Shown in pieces: positions 10,322 to 19,739 of a stretch of 64,000 nucleotides of DNA. The DNA comes from Gammaproteobacteria bacterium. Its GTDB lineage: Bacteria > Pseudomonadota > Gammaproteobacteria > UBA4575. The notes under the pieces are model-generated. The model worked only from the letters and a program-made list of their open reading frames with translations. It made no database searches and had not been told where the DNA came from. The first letter of the stretch is position 1. Every line of letters starts with the position of its first letter. The stretch spans positions 256,001 through 320,000 of the forward strand of contig CBDCUI010000007.1 in the NCBI GenBank assembly GCA_965222615.1, read 5' to 3'. The position numbers were made by a program, and so were the translations under genes.

Positions 10322-10987
10322 GTGACAGCTACACTTGTCGTTTTAGCTTTTATTTTGGGCGGAGTTGTAATTTGGCTGATTCGCCAAACCATTAATACAC
10401 AACCGTGGGCCGAAGAAGGGTTAGTAGGTCATGATCATGCTGGTGGTGCCTTTTCAATTCCCCCTGCAAAAGTTGGTTTACTAGTGTTCCTGGCAGTTGC
10501 GAGTTCCGTGTTTTCATTGTTTGTCAGCGCCTATTTCCAACGCATGGAGTTTGGTGATTGGCAACCGCTACCCGAACCGAGTGTTTTATGGTTTAACACC
10601 GGTTTATTAATTTTAGCAAGTGTCTTTTTTCAACTGGCACGCAATGCAGCCGTTCATAACAAAGCCCGTGGTGTGAAATCCAATTTGTTGATTGCAGGGC
10701 TTTTCACTCTTGCGTTCATCGCAGGGCAGTTGTGGGCTTGGCAAGGACTACAAGACGCAGGTTATTTTCTTACCAACAATCCTGCCAATGCATTCTTTTA
10801 TGTGTTAACCACGGTACATGCCTTACATATACTTGGCGGGTTATGGGTATGGAGCAAAACTACGTTTAAATTACAAAATAATGTTGAAGTACAGAAGGTT
10901 CGTATGAGTGTAGAGCTCTGCACCATTTATTGGCACTTCTTACTGTTAGTTTGGTTAGTGTTATTCGCACTACTATTGTCTACTTAA
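10322..10987 (+). CDS. Cytochrome c oxidase subunit III family (CoxO-like)
   Basis: FFYVLTTVHALHILGG, YWHFL motifs. Confidence 0.9.
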   Translation: MTATLVVLAFILGGVVIWLIRQTINTQPWAEEGLVGHDHAGGAFSIPPAKVGLLVFLAVASSVFSLFVSAYFQRMEFGDWQPLPEPSVLWFNTGLLILASVFFQLARNAAVHNKARGVKSNLLIAGLFTLAFIAGQLWAWQGLQDAGYFLTNNPANAFFYVLTTVHALHILGGLWVWSKTTFKLQNNVEVQKVRMSVELCTIYWHFLLLVWLVLFALLLST

Positions 10988-11016
10988 CTTGGTCTACATA
11001 ACGAGGATATAAACAT

Positions 11017-11694
11017 ATGGCACAAAGTTCTGGAGATGTTATAACAAACGATGCTGCAAATAGTCTAGTAACGGATTGGGCCGCAGATAAAGAAGTATTT
11101 AAGGTCCACTGGGGCAAGGCCATGATGTGGATTTTCTTACTCAGTGATACATTCATCTTTACTTCTTTTCTTACCGGCTATATGAAGGTACGTATCAGCT
11201 CTACGATACCGTGGCCGAATGCCAGTGAGATTTTTGCATTATCATTCGGCGGCGAACCCATTCCACTAATCCTCATTGCGATTATGACTATGGTGTTGAT
11301 CACTAGTAGTGGCACCATGGCGCTGGCAGTGAACTATGGCTATCGTAGAGATCGTGGCAAAACTGCTTTATTCTTACTCATTACCGCAGCATTTGGTCTT
11401 ACTTTTGTCGGTATGCAAGCCTTTGAGTGGACTAAACTCATCGTCGATGAAGGCGTACGCCCTTGGAGCAACCCATTTGGTGCCCCACAATTTGGTGCCT
11501 GCTTCTTTATGATCACAGGATTTCATGGTGGCCACGTATCTGGGGGAGTAATTTACTTAACCTATGTAGCGATTGGAGTGTTAAACGGTCGTTATGAGAA
11601 AAAAGGCTATGATATCGTCGAGATTGCCGGTCTCTACTGGCACTTTGTAGATTTGGTTTGGGTATTTATTTTTGCATTCTTTTATCTTTGGTGA
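11017..11694 (+). CDS. Cytochrome c oxidase subunit III family (CoxP-like)
   Basis: WGKAMMWIFLLSD, FFMITGFHG, GLYWHFVDLVW. Confidence 0.9.
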   Translation: MAQSSGDVITNDAANSLVTDWAADKEVFKVHWGKAMMWIFLLSDTFIFTSFLTGYMKVRISSTIPWPNASEIFALSFGGEPIPLILIAIMTMVLITSSGTMALAVNYGYRRDRGKTALFLLITAAFGLTFVGMQAFEWTKLIVDEGVRPWSNPFGAPQFGACFFMITGFHGGHVSGGVIYLTYVAIGVLNGRYEKKGYDIVEIAGLYWHFVDLVWVFIFAFFYLW

Positions 11695-11703
11695 GGAATA
11701 AAA

Positions 11704-12063
11704 ATGGCAGCAGAAGGACAACAACACCCCCTTAGTATTTATATCTGGATATGGATTTTGCTATTCATACTCAGCACATTTTCTTATCTAGTGGACTATT
11801 TCCAAATTCAAGGCTATTTAAGGTGGAACCTTATTCTCACCTTTATGATGTTAAAGGCTGGTTTCATTGTAGCCATCTTTATGCACATGGCCTGGGAAAG
11901 ACTGGCACTAATTACTGCCATACTCGCCCCACCTATTGTTTTATTATTGCTTATAGGACTGATGTCTATTGAAGGCGATTACACTTATCTTTCTCGCGCC
12001 AAGTTTTTTGGTGTAGAGGAAGCACCTATTGTAGAACATCACGGCAGTAAAGCCGGGCATTAG
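11704..12063 (+). CDS. Cytochrome c oxidase subunit IV family protein
   Basis: QQHP, KAGFIVAIFMHMAWE; 3 TM. Confidence 0.85.
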   Translation: MAAEGQQHPLSIYIWIWILLFILSTFSYLVDYFQIQGYLRWNLILTFMMLKAGFIVAIFMHMAWERLALITAILAPPIVLLLLIGLMSIEGDYTYLSRAKFFGVEEAPIVEHHGSKAGH

Positions 12064-12086
12064 ACTTTATTTTTATCAAAAATGTT

Positions 12087-12734
12087 GTGATTCCAAAATG
12101 GCTCGTAACCCACAACTTTAGATATAACCAAGCACTAGCTAGTCTTACATTATTGTTTTTTTTTCTATTGTTGCATTGCACTAATGCACAATCGCATGGC
12201 GGTGTATTCCTGGAAGATGATTTATGCGTGATTCAAATTGGTTTTTACCAAGCGCATTTCACTATTTATCAGCCGCAACAAAGCCAGCATAAAGAATTTT
12301 GTGAAGATATACCCTATGCCAACGAAAGTATATTTGTAATGGAATATATGCATGATGGCTTAAGAGAGGCTCCAGTAGATTTCCGTATCATTAAAGATGT
12401 ACTTAATCGCGGTCGATTTTTTCAACAAAAAGATCTAGAGAAAATTGATAACATCGAAGATATATCGGTTTTTTATCAAGCACCTTCAGTTCAACAAACC
12501 GGTGTATTCTTAGCATTGCACCAATTTGAACAAAAAGGTAATTATGTTGGCATTGTAACAGCACATATCCCAAACAATACTGAACAATACGTTGCCACAT
12601 TCCCGTTTAGAGTGGGTAGTCGAGACTGGGGTTATTTACCTTTGTTGGTAGTTCTAATAATTTTTTTACAGCTAAATTACTGGTTAATGAATGGTGGCTA
12701 TAGCCGCTTAAGAAGACAGTTTCACTCTCAGTAA
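12087..12734 (+). CDS. PmoD/AmoD-like periplasmic copper protein with C-terminal membrane anchor
   Basis: Signal peptide then HGGVFLEDDLC...HFTIYQP...EFCEDIP...LREAPVDFRII, recognised as the PmoD/AmoD pattern. Confidence 0.75.
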   Translation: MIPKWLVTHNFRYNQALASLTLLFFFLLLHCTNAQSHGGVFLEDDLCVIQIGFYQAHFTIYQPQQSQHKEFCEDIPYANESIFVMEYMHDGLREAPVDFRIIKDVLNRGRFFQQKDLEKIDNIEDISVFYQAPSVQQTGVFLALHQFEQKGNYVGIVTAHIPNNTEQYVATFPFRVGSRDWGYLPLLVVLIIFLQLNYWLMNGGYSRLRRQFHSQ

Positions 12735-12752
12735 AAATAATTCTAACACAAA

Positions 12753-13187
12753 TTGAGATTTATGATTAACAACACTACAAAAATAATTTTGATATTTTTT
12801 TTGGTATTACTACCAATAATACTGCTAGCACAAGAAGATCAATCTGCTCCAGAAAATACAACAACAAAATGGACTGAGCAAAAACATTTTAAAGTAAGTA
12901 TCTCAAGCAAGCTTGACCCGATAACGATTAACACGATGCATGCATGGATTATTCATGTTGAAAATAACAAGCAACAAGATGTTTTAGAAGCGAATATAAC
13001 TGTTGATGGGGGAATGCCTGAACACGACCATGGACTACCTACTCACCCACAAATTACCAAGAATTTAGGTGATGGTTGCTACTTGCTTGAAGGTATGAAA
13101 TTTCATATGGGAGGTTGGTGGACAATCTCAATCGCTATTAACGATGGTAGCATTAGTGATCGTGTAACGTTTGACTTAAATTTGTAA
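12753..13187 (+). CDS. YtkA/FixH-like exported protein
   Basis: Signal peptide; ANITVDGGMPEHDHGLPT...GCYLLEGMKFHMGGWW. Confidence 0.75.
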   Translation: MRFMINNTTKIILIFFLVLLPIILLAQEDQSAPENTTTKWTEQKHFKVSISSKLDPITINTMHAWIIHVENNKQQDVLEANITVDGGMPEHDHGLPTHPQITKNLGDGCYLLEGMKFHMGGWWTISIAINDGSISDRVTFDLNL

Positions 13188-13195
13188 AAACCTCA

Positions 13196-14476
13196 ATGTC
13201 GAAAGTATCCCGAGGACTCTTAAGTTCAATTATTACCATTGGCATACTACTCGCTGCTATTTGGATTTATCATCAAACCAAACCTCTCAAAACATGGACC
13301 AAGCAAGAAATCAAACTTTTACAATCTCTGTGGATCGGTAACCTCCCTCCAGTCCCAGCCGATAGTAGCAATGCAGTTGCTGACGAACCACTTGCAGCAA
13401 AATTTGGCCATCAGCTATTTTTTGATTCAAGATTAAGTAAAAGCGGCAAGGTCTCATGTGCAACCTGTCATCAACCCGAACTTTTTTTCACAGATGGTTT
13501 AAAAATTGCAGAAGGCCATAAAGTAGGAACCCGCAATACTATGAGTGTTGTGGGAACAGTTTATAGTCCATGGTTTTTTTGGGACGGTCGCAGAGACAGT
13601 TTATGGTCACAAGCCTTAACACCATTAGAAACATCACATGAACACGCTGGCAACCGCATGCAATATGCAACGCTGATTTCACAAGACGCGGATTACCGCA
13701 CAACTTATCAAGCGCTATTTGGTAATTTACCTGATTTCTCTGATAGGGCCCGCTTTCCTCAAAATGCAGGACCTACGAATCAAACGCAGTGGGATAAAGC
13801 ATGGCAATCTATGCAGTCTAGCGACAGGCAAATTGTAAACACAGTCTTTGCCAATATCGGCAAATCTATTGCCGCCTATGAACGCTTACTTCTACCCAGC
13901 TCATCACGATTTGATGCCTATGTAGAAGCAATTCTAAATAGCGACTCAGCAGGAATGGAAATATTGAGTTTCAATGAGATTGCTGGATTAAAATTATTCA
14001 TCGGCAAAGCGCAGTGCATTAATTGCCACAATGGGCCACTTCTCACCAATAATGAATTTCATAATACCGGAATTCTATCTTCACCAGGACAACTACCAAG
14101 CATAGGCCGTGTTGAGGGTGCGCAGAACGTAGTTAGCGATCCATTTAATTGTTTAGGAACATTTGATGACGCTGCAGCCAAGGAATGTGATGAGTTAAGA
14201 TTTATAAGAACCGGCGATGAATTAATCGGTGCTCATAAAACGCCATCATTAAGAAATATTGCAGAAACTGCTCCCTATATGCATGCGGGACAACTAGATA
14301 GTCTTACAGAAGTGATCAAAAATTATAATCGTGCTCCAGCTGCAATGATTGGTCACAATGAAGTCAAACCATTAAATTTAAACATCATGGAGATGCAACA
14401 ATTAGAAGCTTTTCTACACAGTCTGTCTGCACCACTTGCAACTGAACCTAAATGGCTAAAACCTCCGAATAAATGA
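13196..14476 (+). CDS. Di-heme cytochrome c peroxidase superfamily (bCcP/MauG/MbnH-like)
   Basis: LFFDSRLS, CATCH, FFWDGR, CINCH, KTPSLRN, TAPYMHAG; N-terminal TM. Confidence 0.9.
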   Translation: MSKVSRGLLSSIITIGILLAAIWIYHQTKPLKTWTKQEIKLLQSLWIGNLPPVPADSSNAVADEPLAAKFGHQLFFDSRLSKSGKVSCATCHQPELFFTDGLKIAEGHKVGTRNTMSVVGTVYSPWFFWDGRRDSLWSQALTPLETSHEHAGNRMQYATLISQDADYRTTYQALFGNLPDFSDRARFPQNAGPTNQTQWDKAWQSMQSSDRQIVNTVFANIGKSIAAYERLLLPSSSRFDAYVEAILNSDSAGMEILSFNEIAGLKLFIGKAQCINCHNGPLLTNNEFHNTGILSSPGQLPSIGRVEGAQNVVSDPFNCLGTFDDAAAKECDELRFIRTGDELIGAHKTPSLRNIAETAPYMHAGQLDSLTEVIKNYNRAPAAMIGHNEVKPLNLNIMEMQQLEAFLHSLSAPLATEPKWLKPPNK

Positions 14477-14572
14477 ATAAGATATTAGCTAGTTAACATC
14501 GCTATAGATCACTTCTTTTCCTGATACTTTAAAGGCAAACAATCAACAACTCTTAAATCTAGTTAAGTTTTT

Positions 14573-15016
14573 GTGTTTGTTGCCGATAATTCAACTACAA
14601 ACCAACCATTTAAAAGCTACTTAGCAATAGCCCCCTCAGTGACACAAATACTTAAAAGCATAGCTATTTTTACTTTTCTAAGTTTGCAAGCTGCTGAATC
14701 AGCTACAACTTTAATCATCTGTGAATACGATAAGTTTGCATCAGTTCAAAAAGTCGAACCTGTCACTGAGATTTTTCAATTAACCTTTTCAGTAAATAAA
14801 GAAACTAGTGAGGCTCAAGTAATCCGTAAAAATGGAACTACTGATGTACAACTTCTACCTACCGGCGGAGGATTCACTTTTATAGAAGTTAATGAACGTG
14901 GCAATGTTCTCACCACCACAGTTGATGTGTACGGAAAATCTGCTCACAGCCGAAATACCATTCTAGATAGTGAACTTATTCCTAGTCAGTTTTATGGTAC
15001 ATGTGACTATAAATAG
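14573..15016 (+). CDS. Hypothetical exported beta-rich protein
   Basis: Signal-like segment, Cys at both ends, FIEV...SAHSRNT...PSQFYGTC. True start probably downstream. Confidence 0.6.
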   Translation: MFVADNSTTNQPFKSYLAIAPSVTQILKSIAIFTFLSLQAAESATTLIICEYDKFASVQKVEPVTEIFQLTFSVNKETSEAQVIRKNGTTDVQLLPTGGGFTFIEVNERGNVLTTTVDVYGKSAHSRNTILDSELIPSQFYGTCDYK

Positions 15017-15048
15017 AATTCACACACTTATATATTAGAGTTTGATAC

Positions 15049-15801
15049 TTATCCTTGATCATGTAGTTCACAAGGACTACGCAGTTCTTCTGGAACATCA
15101 GGTGGACACACTCCACATGCTTGATTACCCGGGACAGCAAAATTAATTTTACGTGGATATGGTAAATCTAAATTATTCATAATTTCTATGAATTCTTGTT
15201 TTGACTTATTGTTCCCTAAGCGTGGATTACGAATTTTCTCTTGCGCAATCGTGCTAACGAAACGACCTTCGTAATCATGAGCTGGATACACAAGTGTATC
15301 TTCAGGTAAGCAGAACAACTTATTCTGAATGCTTTCATAAAGAGTTGCTGCATCGCCTGATTGAAAATCAGTCCGCCCACAAGCTTCTATAAGCAGCGCA
15401 TCACCTGTAAATACCATGTTCTGGACACCATTATCGATTAAATAAGCATAATGATGATCGGTATGTCCAGGGGTAAATAAGGGATATAATTCAATTTTAC
15501 CAACACGAAAAATTTTACCTTCTTCTACGCCAATATCTTGGCAAGGAAGCTCAGCTTGCTTGGGATAGACGATTTTATTTCCTGTGAGAGCTTTGAGCTT
15601 GGTTGCACTGGTGAGATGATCTGCATGAATATGGGTTTCTACCGTGTAATCAAGTTCTAGGTCTAGCTCTTTCAACACTTCCATATCACGCTCAACGGTT
15701 TCCAATACAGGGTCGATTAATGCGACTACTCCCGTATCTTGACAGGCTATTAAATATGTATAGGTAGATGAACTAGGTTCAAACAACTGGCGAAAAATCA
15801 A
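15049..15801 (-). CDS. sdo: Persulfide dioxygenase (ETHE1-like metallo-beta-lactamase)
   Basis: IFRQLFE, STYTYL, ETHIHADH, TPGHT, CGRTDFQ, YPAHDY, NPRL; TTG start with GGAGG RBS. Confidence 0.9.
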   Translation of the reverse strand: MIFRQLFEPSSSTYTYLIACQDTGVVALIDPVLETVERDMEVLKELDLELDYTVETHIHADHLTSATKLKALTGNKIVYPKQAELPCQDIGVEEGKIFRVGKIELYPLFTPGHTDHHYAYLIDNGVQNMVFTGDALLIEACGRTDFQSGDAATLYESIQNKLFCLPEDTLVYPAHDYEGRFVSTIAQEKIRNPRLGNNKSKQEFIEIMNNLDLPYPRKINFAVPGNQACGVCPPDVPEELRSPCELHDQG

Positions 15802-15829
15802 AATGCCTCCCTATTTAAGCGATGTGTCG

Positions 15830-16117
15830 TTACTTATGGGCGATGGGTTTATCAGTAAATAAATAGTCTTTTAGTTCTTTGTCAAATGCAGGATCTTTAC
15901 GTCTAATCCACTCTAAAACCATCGCTGCATGCTCTTTTTCTTCATCTCGATTATGTGCAAGAATAGCTTTTAAATCTGAATCACTACACGCATCGACACG
16001 CTGATTGTACCAATCAACTGCTTCAAGCTCTTCCATTAAAGAAGTAATTGCACGATGCATATCTCGTGTTGCACTGGAGAGCTCATCAATAGATTCATGG
16101 TAACCTTCATTTGCCAT
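15830..16117 (-). CDS. Encapsulated-ferritin-like protein (EncFtn/Flp family)
   Basis: YHE, SLMEELEAVDWYNQR, HNRDEEKEHA, LEWIRR, YLFT. Confidence 0.9.
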   Translation of the reverse strand: MANEGYHESIDELSSATRDMHRAITSLMEELEAVDWYNQRVDACSDSDLKAILAHNRDEEKEHAAMVLEWIRRKDPAFDKELKDYLFTDKPIAHK

Positions 16118-16298
16118 GTTAGACTCCTTATTGCGTAAACTTGTTTGTTATAGAAATATTGCTAGCTAGTGAAAAACATTTAACACTAACAGACTTAAAT
16201 CATACATGTATAAATTAGATATATATTTGAGATTATCGCAACACAGATTATTATTATAAAGAACTGTATTTGATTTTTACCAACAAACCTATAAACAT

Positions 16299-17675
16299 AT
16301 GAAGTACGAAGTCATCGATGCCATTGTATATCCAGATGGACAATTAGACATATTATCAAAAGTTGAAGTCAGTAGACTTTTAGACACCAGCCAAGGCGGG
16401 CTATATGATTTATTTAGAAATTGTTCACTTGCAGTTCTCAATTGTGGCACCCCACTTGATGATGGCAGAGAACTATTAGAACGGTATAAGTCCTTTGATA
16501 TCTCTATCATTCAAGAAGAAAAGGGAATTAGCCTTAAACTAACCAATGCACCTGCAAGTGCCTTTGTAGACGATCAAATCATCAAGGGCATTGGTGAGCA
16601 TCTATTTGCTGTATTGCGAGACATAATTTATGTAGATGATGAAATTTATAACAATCCTAAACTTAATTTAGAAACATCAGAAGGAATCACAGATGCTGTA
16701 TTTCATATTCTTCGCAATGCTGATGTTCTACAATCCATAACTAAACCGGATTTAGTCGTATGTTGGGGTGGACATTCCATTACCCGAGATGAGTACGATT
16801 ATTCTAAAGAAGTAGGTTATCAACTAGGTTTGCGTGGCTACAACATCTGTACTGGTTGCGGACCCGGTGCTATGAAAGGGCCTATGAAAGGGGCAGCAGT
16901 CGGTCAAGCAAAACAACGAATTCAAAACTCTCATTATCTAGGCATTACCGAGCCGGGCATAATCGCAGCGGAACCTCCGAACCCCATTGTAAATAATCTT
17001 GTCATTCTACCTGATATTGAAAAACGACTTGAAGCCTTTGTCCGTATTGGACATGCAATGATTGTGTTTCCTGGTGGAGTAGGTACTGCAGAAGAAATTT
17101 TTTATACCCTGGGTGTGCTATTACACCCCAATAACAAAAATATACCTTTCCCCTTAATCTTTACTGGCCCTGAAAGCTCAAGCAGTTATTTTGATGAAAT
17201 TGACTCTTTTATTGTCAATACACTTGGGAAATCAGTTCAAAACTTTTATAAGATTATTATTAATGATCCAATTTCGGTAGCAAAAGAAATTCAACTAGGC
17301 ATCGAGAAAGTAAGAAAATACAGAGAAGAAAAAAATGATGCCTATTATTTTAACTGGACATTAAATATAGGACCGAAATTTCAAAAACCGTTTGATCCTA
17401 CACATGAAAATATGTATTCGCTTGAATTACATAAAAATCAAGAACGCTTTTCACTGGCGGCAAATATTCGTGACGCCTTATCTGGAATTGTTTCTGGAAA
17501 TGTAAAAGAACAAGGCATTCGATCAGTTGAAGAGAACGGGCCTTTAAAACTCAAAGGAGATAAGGCTGTAATAAACCCAATGTTATCTCTGCTACATTCT
17601 TTTGAGAAAATGCAACGTATGAAAATCCCCGGTAGTAGTTATAAGCCCTGTTATGAATTAATTTCCAAAAATTAA
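16299..17675 (+). CDS. ppnN: Nucleotide 5'-monophosphate nucleosidase PpnN (YgdH)
   Basis: LFRNCSLAVLN, VVCWGGHSI, CTGCGPGAMKGPMKGA, PDIEKRLEAFVR, PGGVGTAEE. Confidence 0.93.
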   Translation: MKYEVIDAIVYPDGQLDILSKVEVSRLLDTSQGGLYDLFRNCSLAVLNCGTPLDDGRELLERYKSFDISIIQEEKGISLKLTNAPASAFVDDQIIKGIGEHLFAVLRDIIYVDDEIYNNPKLNLETSEGITDAVFHILRNADVLQSITKPDLVVCWGGHSITRDEYDYSKEVGYQLGLRGYNICTGCGPGAMKGPMKGAAVGQAKQRIQNSHYLGITEPGIIAAEPPNPIVNNLVILPDIEKRLEAFVRIGHAMIVFPGGVGTAEEIFYTLGVLLHPNNKNIPFPLIFTGPESSSSYFDEIDSFIVNTLGKSVQNFYKIIINDPISVAKEIQLGIEKVRKYREEKNDAYYFNWTLNIGPKFQKPFDPTHENMYSLELHKNQERFSLAANIRDALSGIVSGNVKEQGIRSVEENGPLKLKGDKAVINPMLSLLHSFEKMQRMKIPGSSYKPCYELISKN

Positions 17676-17698
17676 AATTAAATAATAATTAAAGTAGT

Positions 17699-17926
17699 TT
17701 ACCAATGCTCCCATATTTCCCAATAGGTAGTACCATCTTTAACAAACTTTCTGATGCCAGCTTTACGTTTATGCTCTAGTGCCTTTTTATATGCTTTACC
17801 TTCAGCCGAAGAACCTTCTGCTTCTTGGCGAGTTTGAAAGTAAGTCACAAAGTGCCAACCTTTCCTATTCAATATGCCAGTATCAAGCCCATCGAGTTTT
17901 TCCACCTGATCCGGTTCTTCACTCAT
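17699..17926 (-). CDS. Hypothetical protein
   Basis: 75-aa ORF with GGGG RBS and protein-like composition; no family recognised. Confidence 0.5.
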   Translation of the reverse strand: MSEEPDQVEKLDGLDTGILNRKGWHFVTYFQTRQEAEGSSAEGKAYKKALEHKRKAGIRKFVKDGTTYWEIWEHW

Positions 17927-18013
17927 CTAAATTGCCCCGAAATTATTGTTTGAAATAAAGCGTCAAATATTTGACATTGCGAATTAAGCGCATTAGCAGT
18001 AATAATATACGCC

Positions 18014-18313
18014 ATGTTTCATGTTTGCCACTATAAAAACCAACGTCTTATACCTTCTGTACACAAAAATCACCCTCGTGATTACTACGCCACTTTTTGC
18101 ATTGATAATGGCAAAACAACAAGGTGCTTTACTATACGCCCCAATTTCAAAACCGAGGGACAAGCCAGAGAAGCTGCTTATAAAGTGGGTCGTGCGAAAA
18201 TAGACTCAATCCTAGAAGAAAATAAATGGGATCATCTGTCCAAAAAATTCCAACGGCTTATGCAACCCAAAAAAGGAGAAAAACGAAAAGCCGAGACAGT
18301 TTATATAGATTAA
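18014..18313 (+). CDS. Small hypothetical protein (paralog-like of 18887..19183)
   Basis: YKN...F-T--QAREAA---GRAKID pattern. Confidence 0.55.
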   Translation: MFHVCHYKNQRLIPSVHKNHPRDYYATFCIDNGKTTRCFTIRPNFKTEGQAREAAYKVGRAKIDSILEENKWDHLSKKFQRLMQPKKGEKRKAETVYID

Positions 18314-18886
18314 CAAAACCAGTTTGCTATTTATCCAGCAGTACAATACTTATCTAGCCACTGATAGAATCAACTCTAACTACTAATAATTTAAATACCA
18401 AGTGCTTTTAGTTATTTAATTAACTATTTAAGCAGTGCACTTAGTGTATGCATTAAATTAAGTAACTGTTCTTCAACAAAAGGATTATAATCCATACAGC
18501 AACTGCTAGGCGCTCCGTCTTTTTCTGTTTACACACTGACTTTGACATGACTATTGTCATTGGAATGTACGCAATATCTCTATTAAACATATAAGATTGA
18601 ATAACGACAAATAGCACTTGGGTTAAAGTGGCATTTGTTCTCATTAATGATTAGTGATAAACAAGCTAAAGCAAATTATTCCTTTATAAATTTCTAATAC
18701 GTATCTCAGAAAGTTTCATATAACTGGTAGTTTTCTATATTTATTAAACTGATTCATATCATAGTTCATAGTTAAGATCTATCATTGAAGTTATTAATTT
18801 ATACAGCTATATTATTGGCCATCAATATGTCTATTGTTGGTTACTGTTAAAAATTAAAGTTTTGTTGAATTAGGGTTGGAGTTAAA

Positions 18887-19183
18887 GTGAAAAAATATCC
18901 TGTCATGGAATACAAGGGCTTTAAATTTCAGCCTATTGTAATGGCTACAGAGACAGAGGTTGATAGTCCAGGCACTTGGTATGAATACACCATCAAGGGT
19001 TGGCGCGGCAGGAGAAGCTGCGTAATTAGAGGACAGAGCTTATTCCGAGACCCTGATAAGGCCGCTCAAGCCGCGATTGAATTTAGTGAAAGCAAAATCG
19101 ATGAACATTTATCAAAATTTTACAGTTCACTTTTTTACAGGTTTATTTGCACAATAGGCTACTGTCCGGCATCTAAATATTAA
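18887..19183 (+). CDS. Small hypothetical protein (paralog-like of 18014..18313)
   Basis: GGAG RBS; YKG...F----KAAQAA----ESKID pattern. Confidence 0.6.
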   Translation: MKKYPVMEYKGFKFQPIVMATETEVDSPGTWYEYTIKGWRGRRSCVIRGQSLFRDPDKAAQAAIEFSESKIDEHLSKFYSSLFYRFICTIGYCPASKY

Positions 19184-19488
19184 TTATTGTTAATTTTTCC
19201 GAGAAAAAATTGGCTGCGTATTGAGCCACTACAGAATATCTTTACTATCCAACTTTGCATAAATTTAGATTTCACACATCAGACAGCACAAATAATCAGT
19301 GAGTTAATATTAACTAATCTACTTCTTTGTATTCTATTAACGGTAACTCACTAACGAAAACTTAACAAAAGCTAGATAATACCTTAACAATAATAGCGTA
19401 CTTTCAGATTTCTAGATGTGGTTCAATTTTACTAGCTCGATTTTGAGGGATAATATTAAAAAGCGACCTTTTTGCAAAAAGGAATGAG

Positions 19489-19647
19489 ATGAGGGAATTA
19501 AAAATAGCTGATTTAATTGTGGTTGGTTTATTCGTTATCGGAACCATCGTAGCATTTACTCAATCTACTAATTCAGAAACAACAGCTGAAAACAATATCG
19601 CTGAAACTCCAACACTTCAAGATGAAGTGATTGAGCCCGCAAGCTAG
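19489..19647 (+). CDS. 52-aa small membrane/exported protein, not in the ORF track
   Basis: Hand translation MRELKIADLIVVGLFVIGTIVAFTQSTNSETTAENNIAETPTLQDEVIEPAS; AAGGA RBS; one TM then an acidic tail. Confidence 0.55.
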   Translation: MRELKIADLIVVGLFVIGTIVAFTQSTNSETTAENNIAETPTLQDEVIEPAS

Positions 19648-19739
19648 TAAGCACGACTCTCTTATATGAGTAATTACTAAGTTTCGTAGTACCCTACATT
19701 AATTTTTTCATAGCTTCAGACAGAGAAACTACTCTCTTT

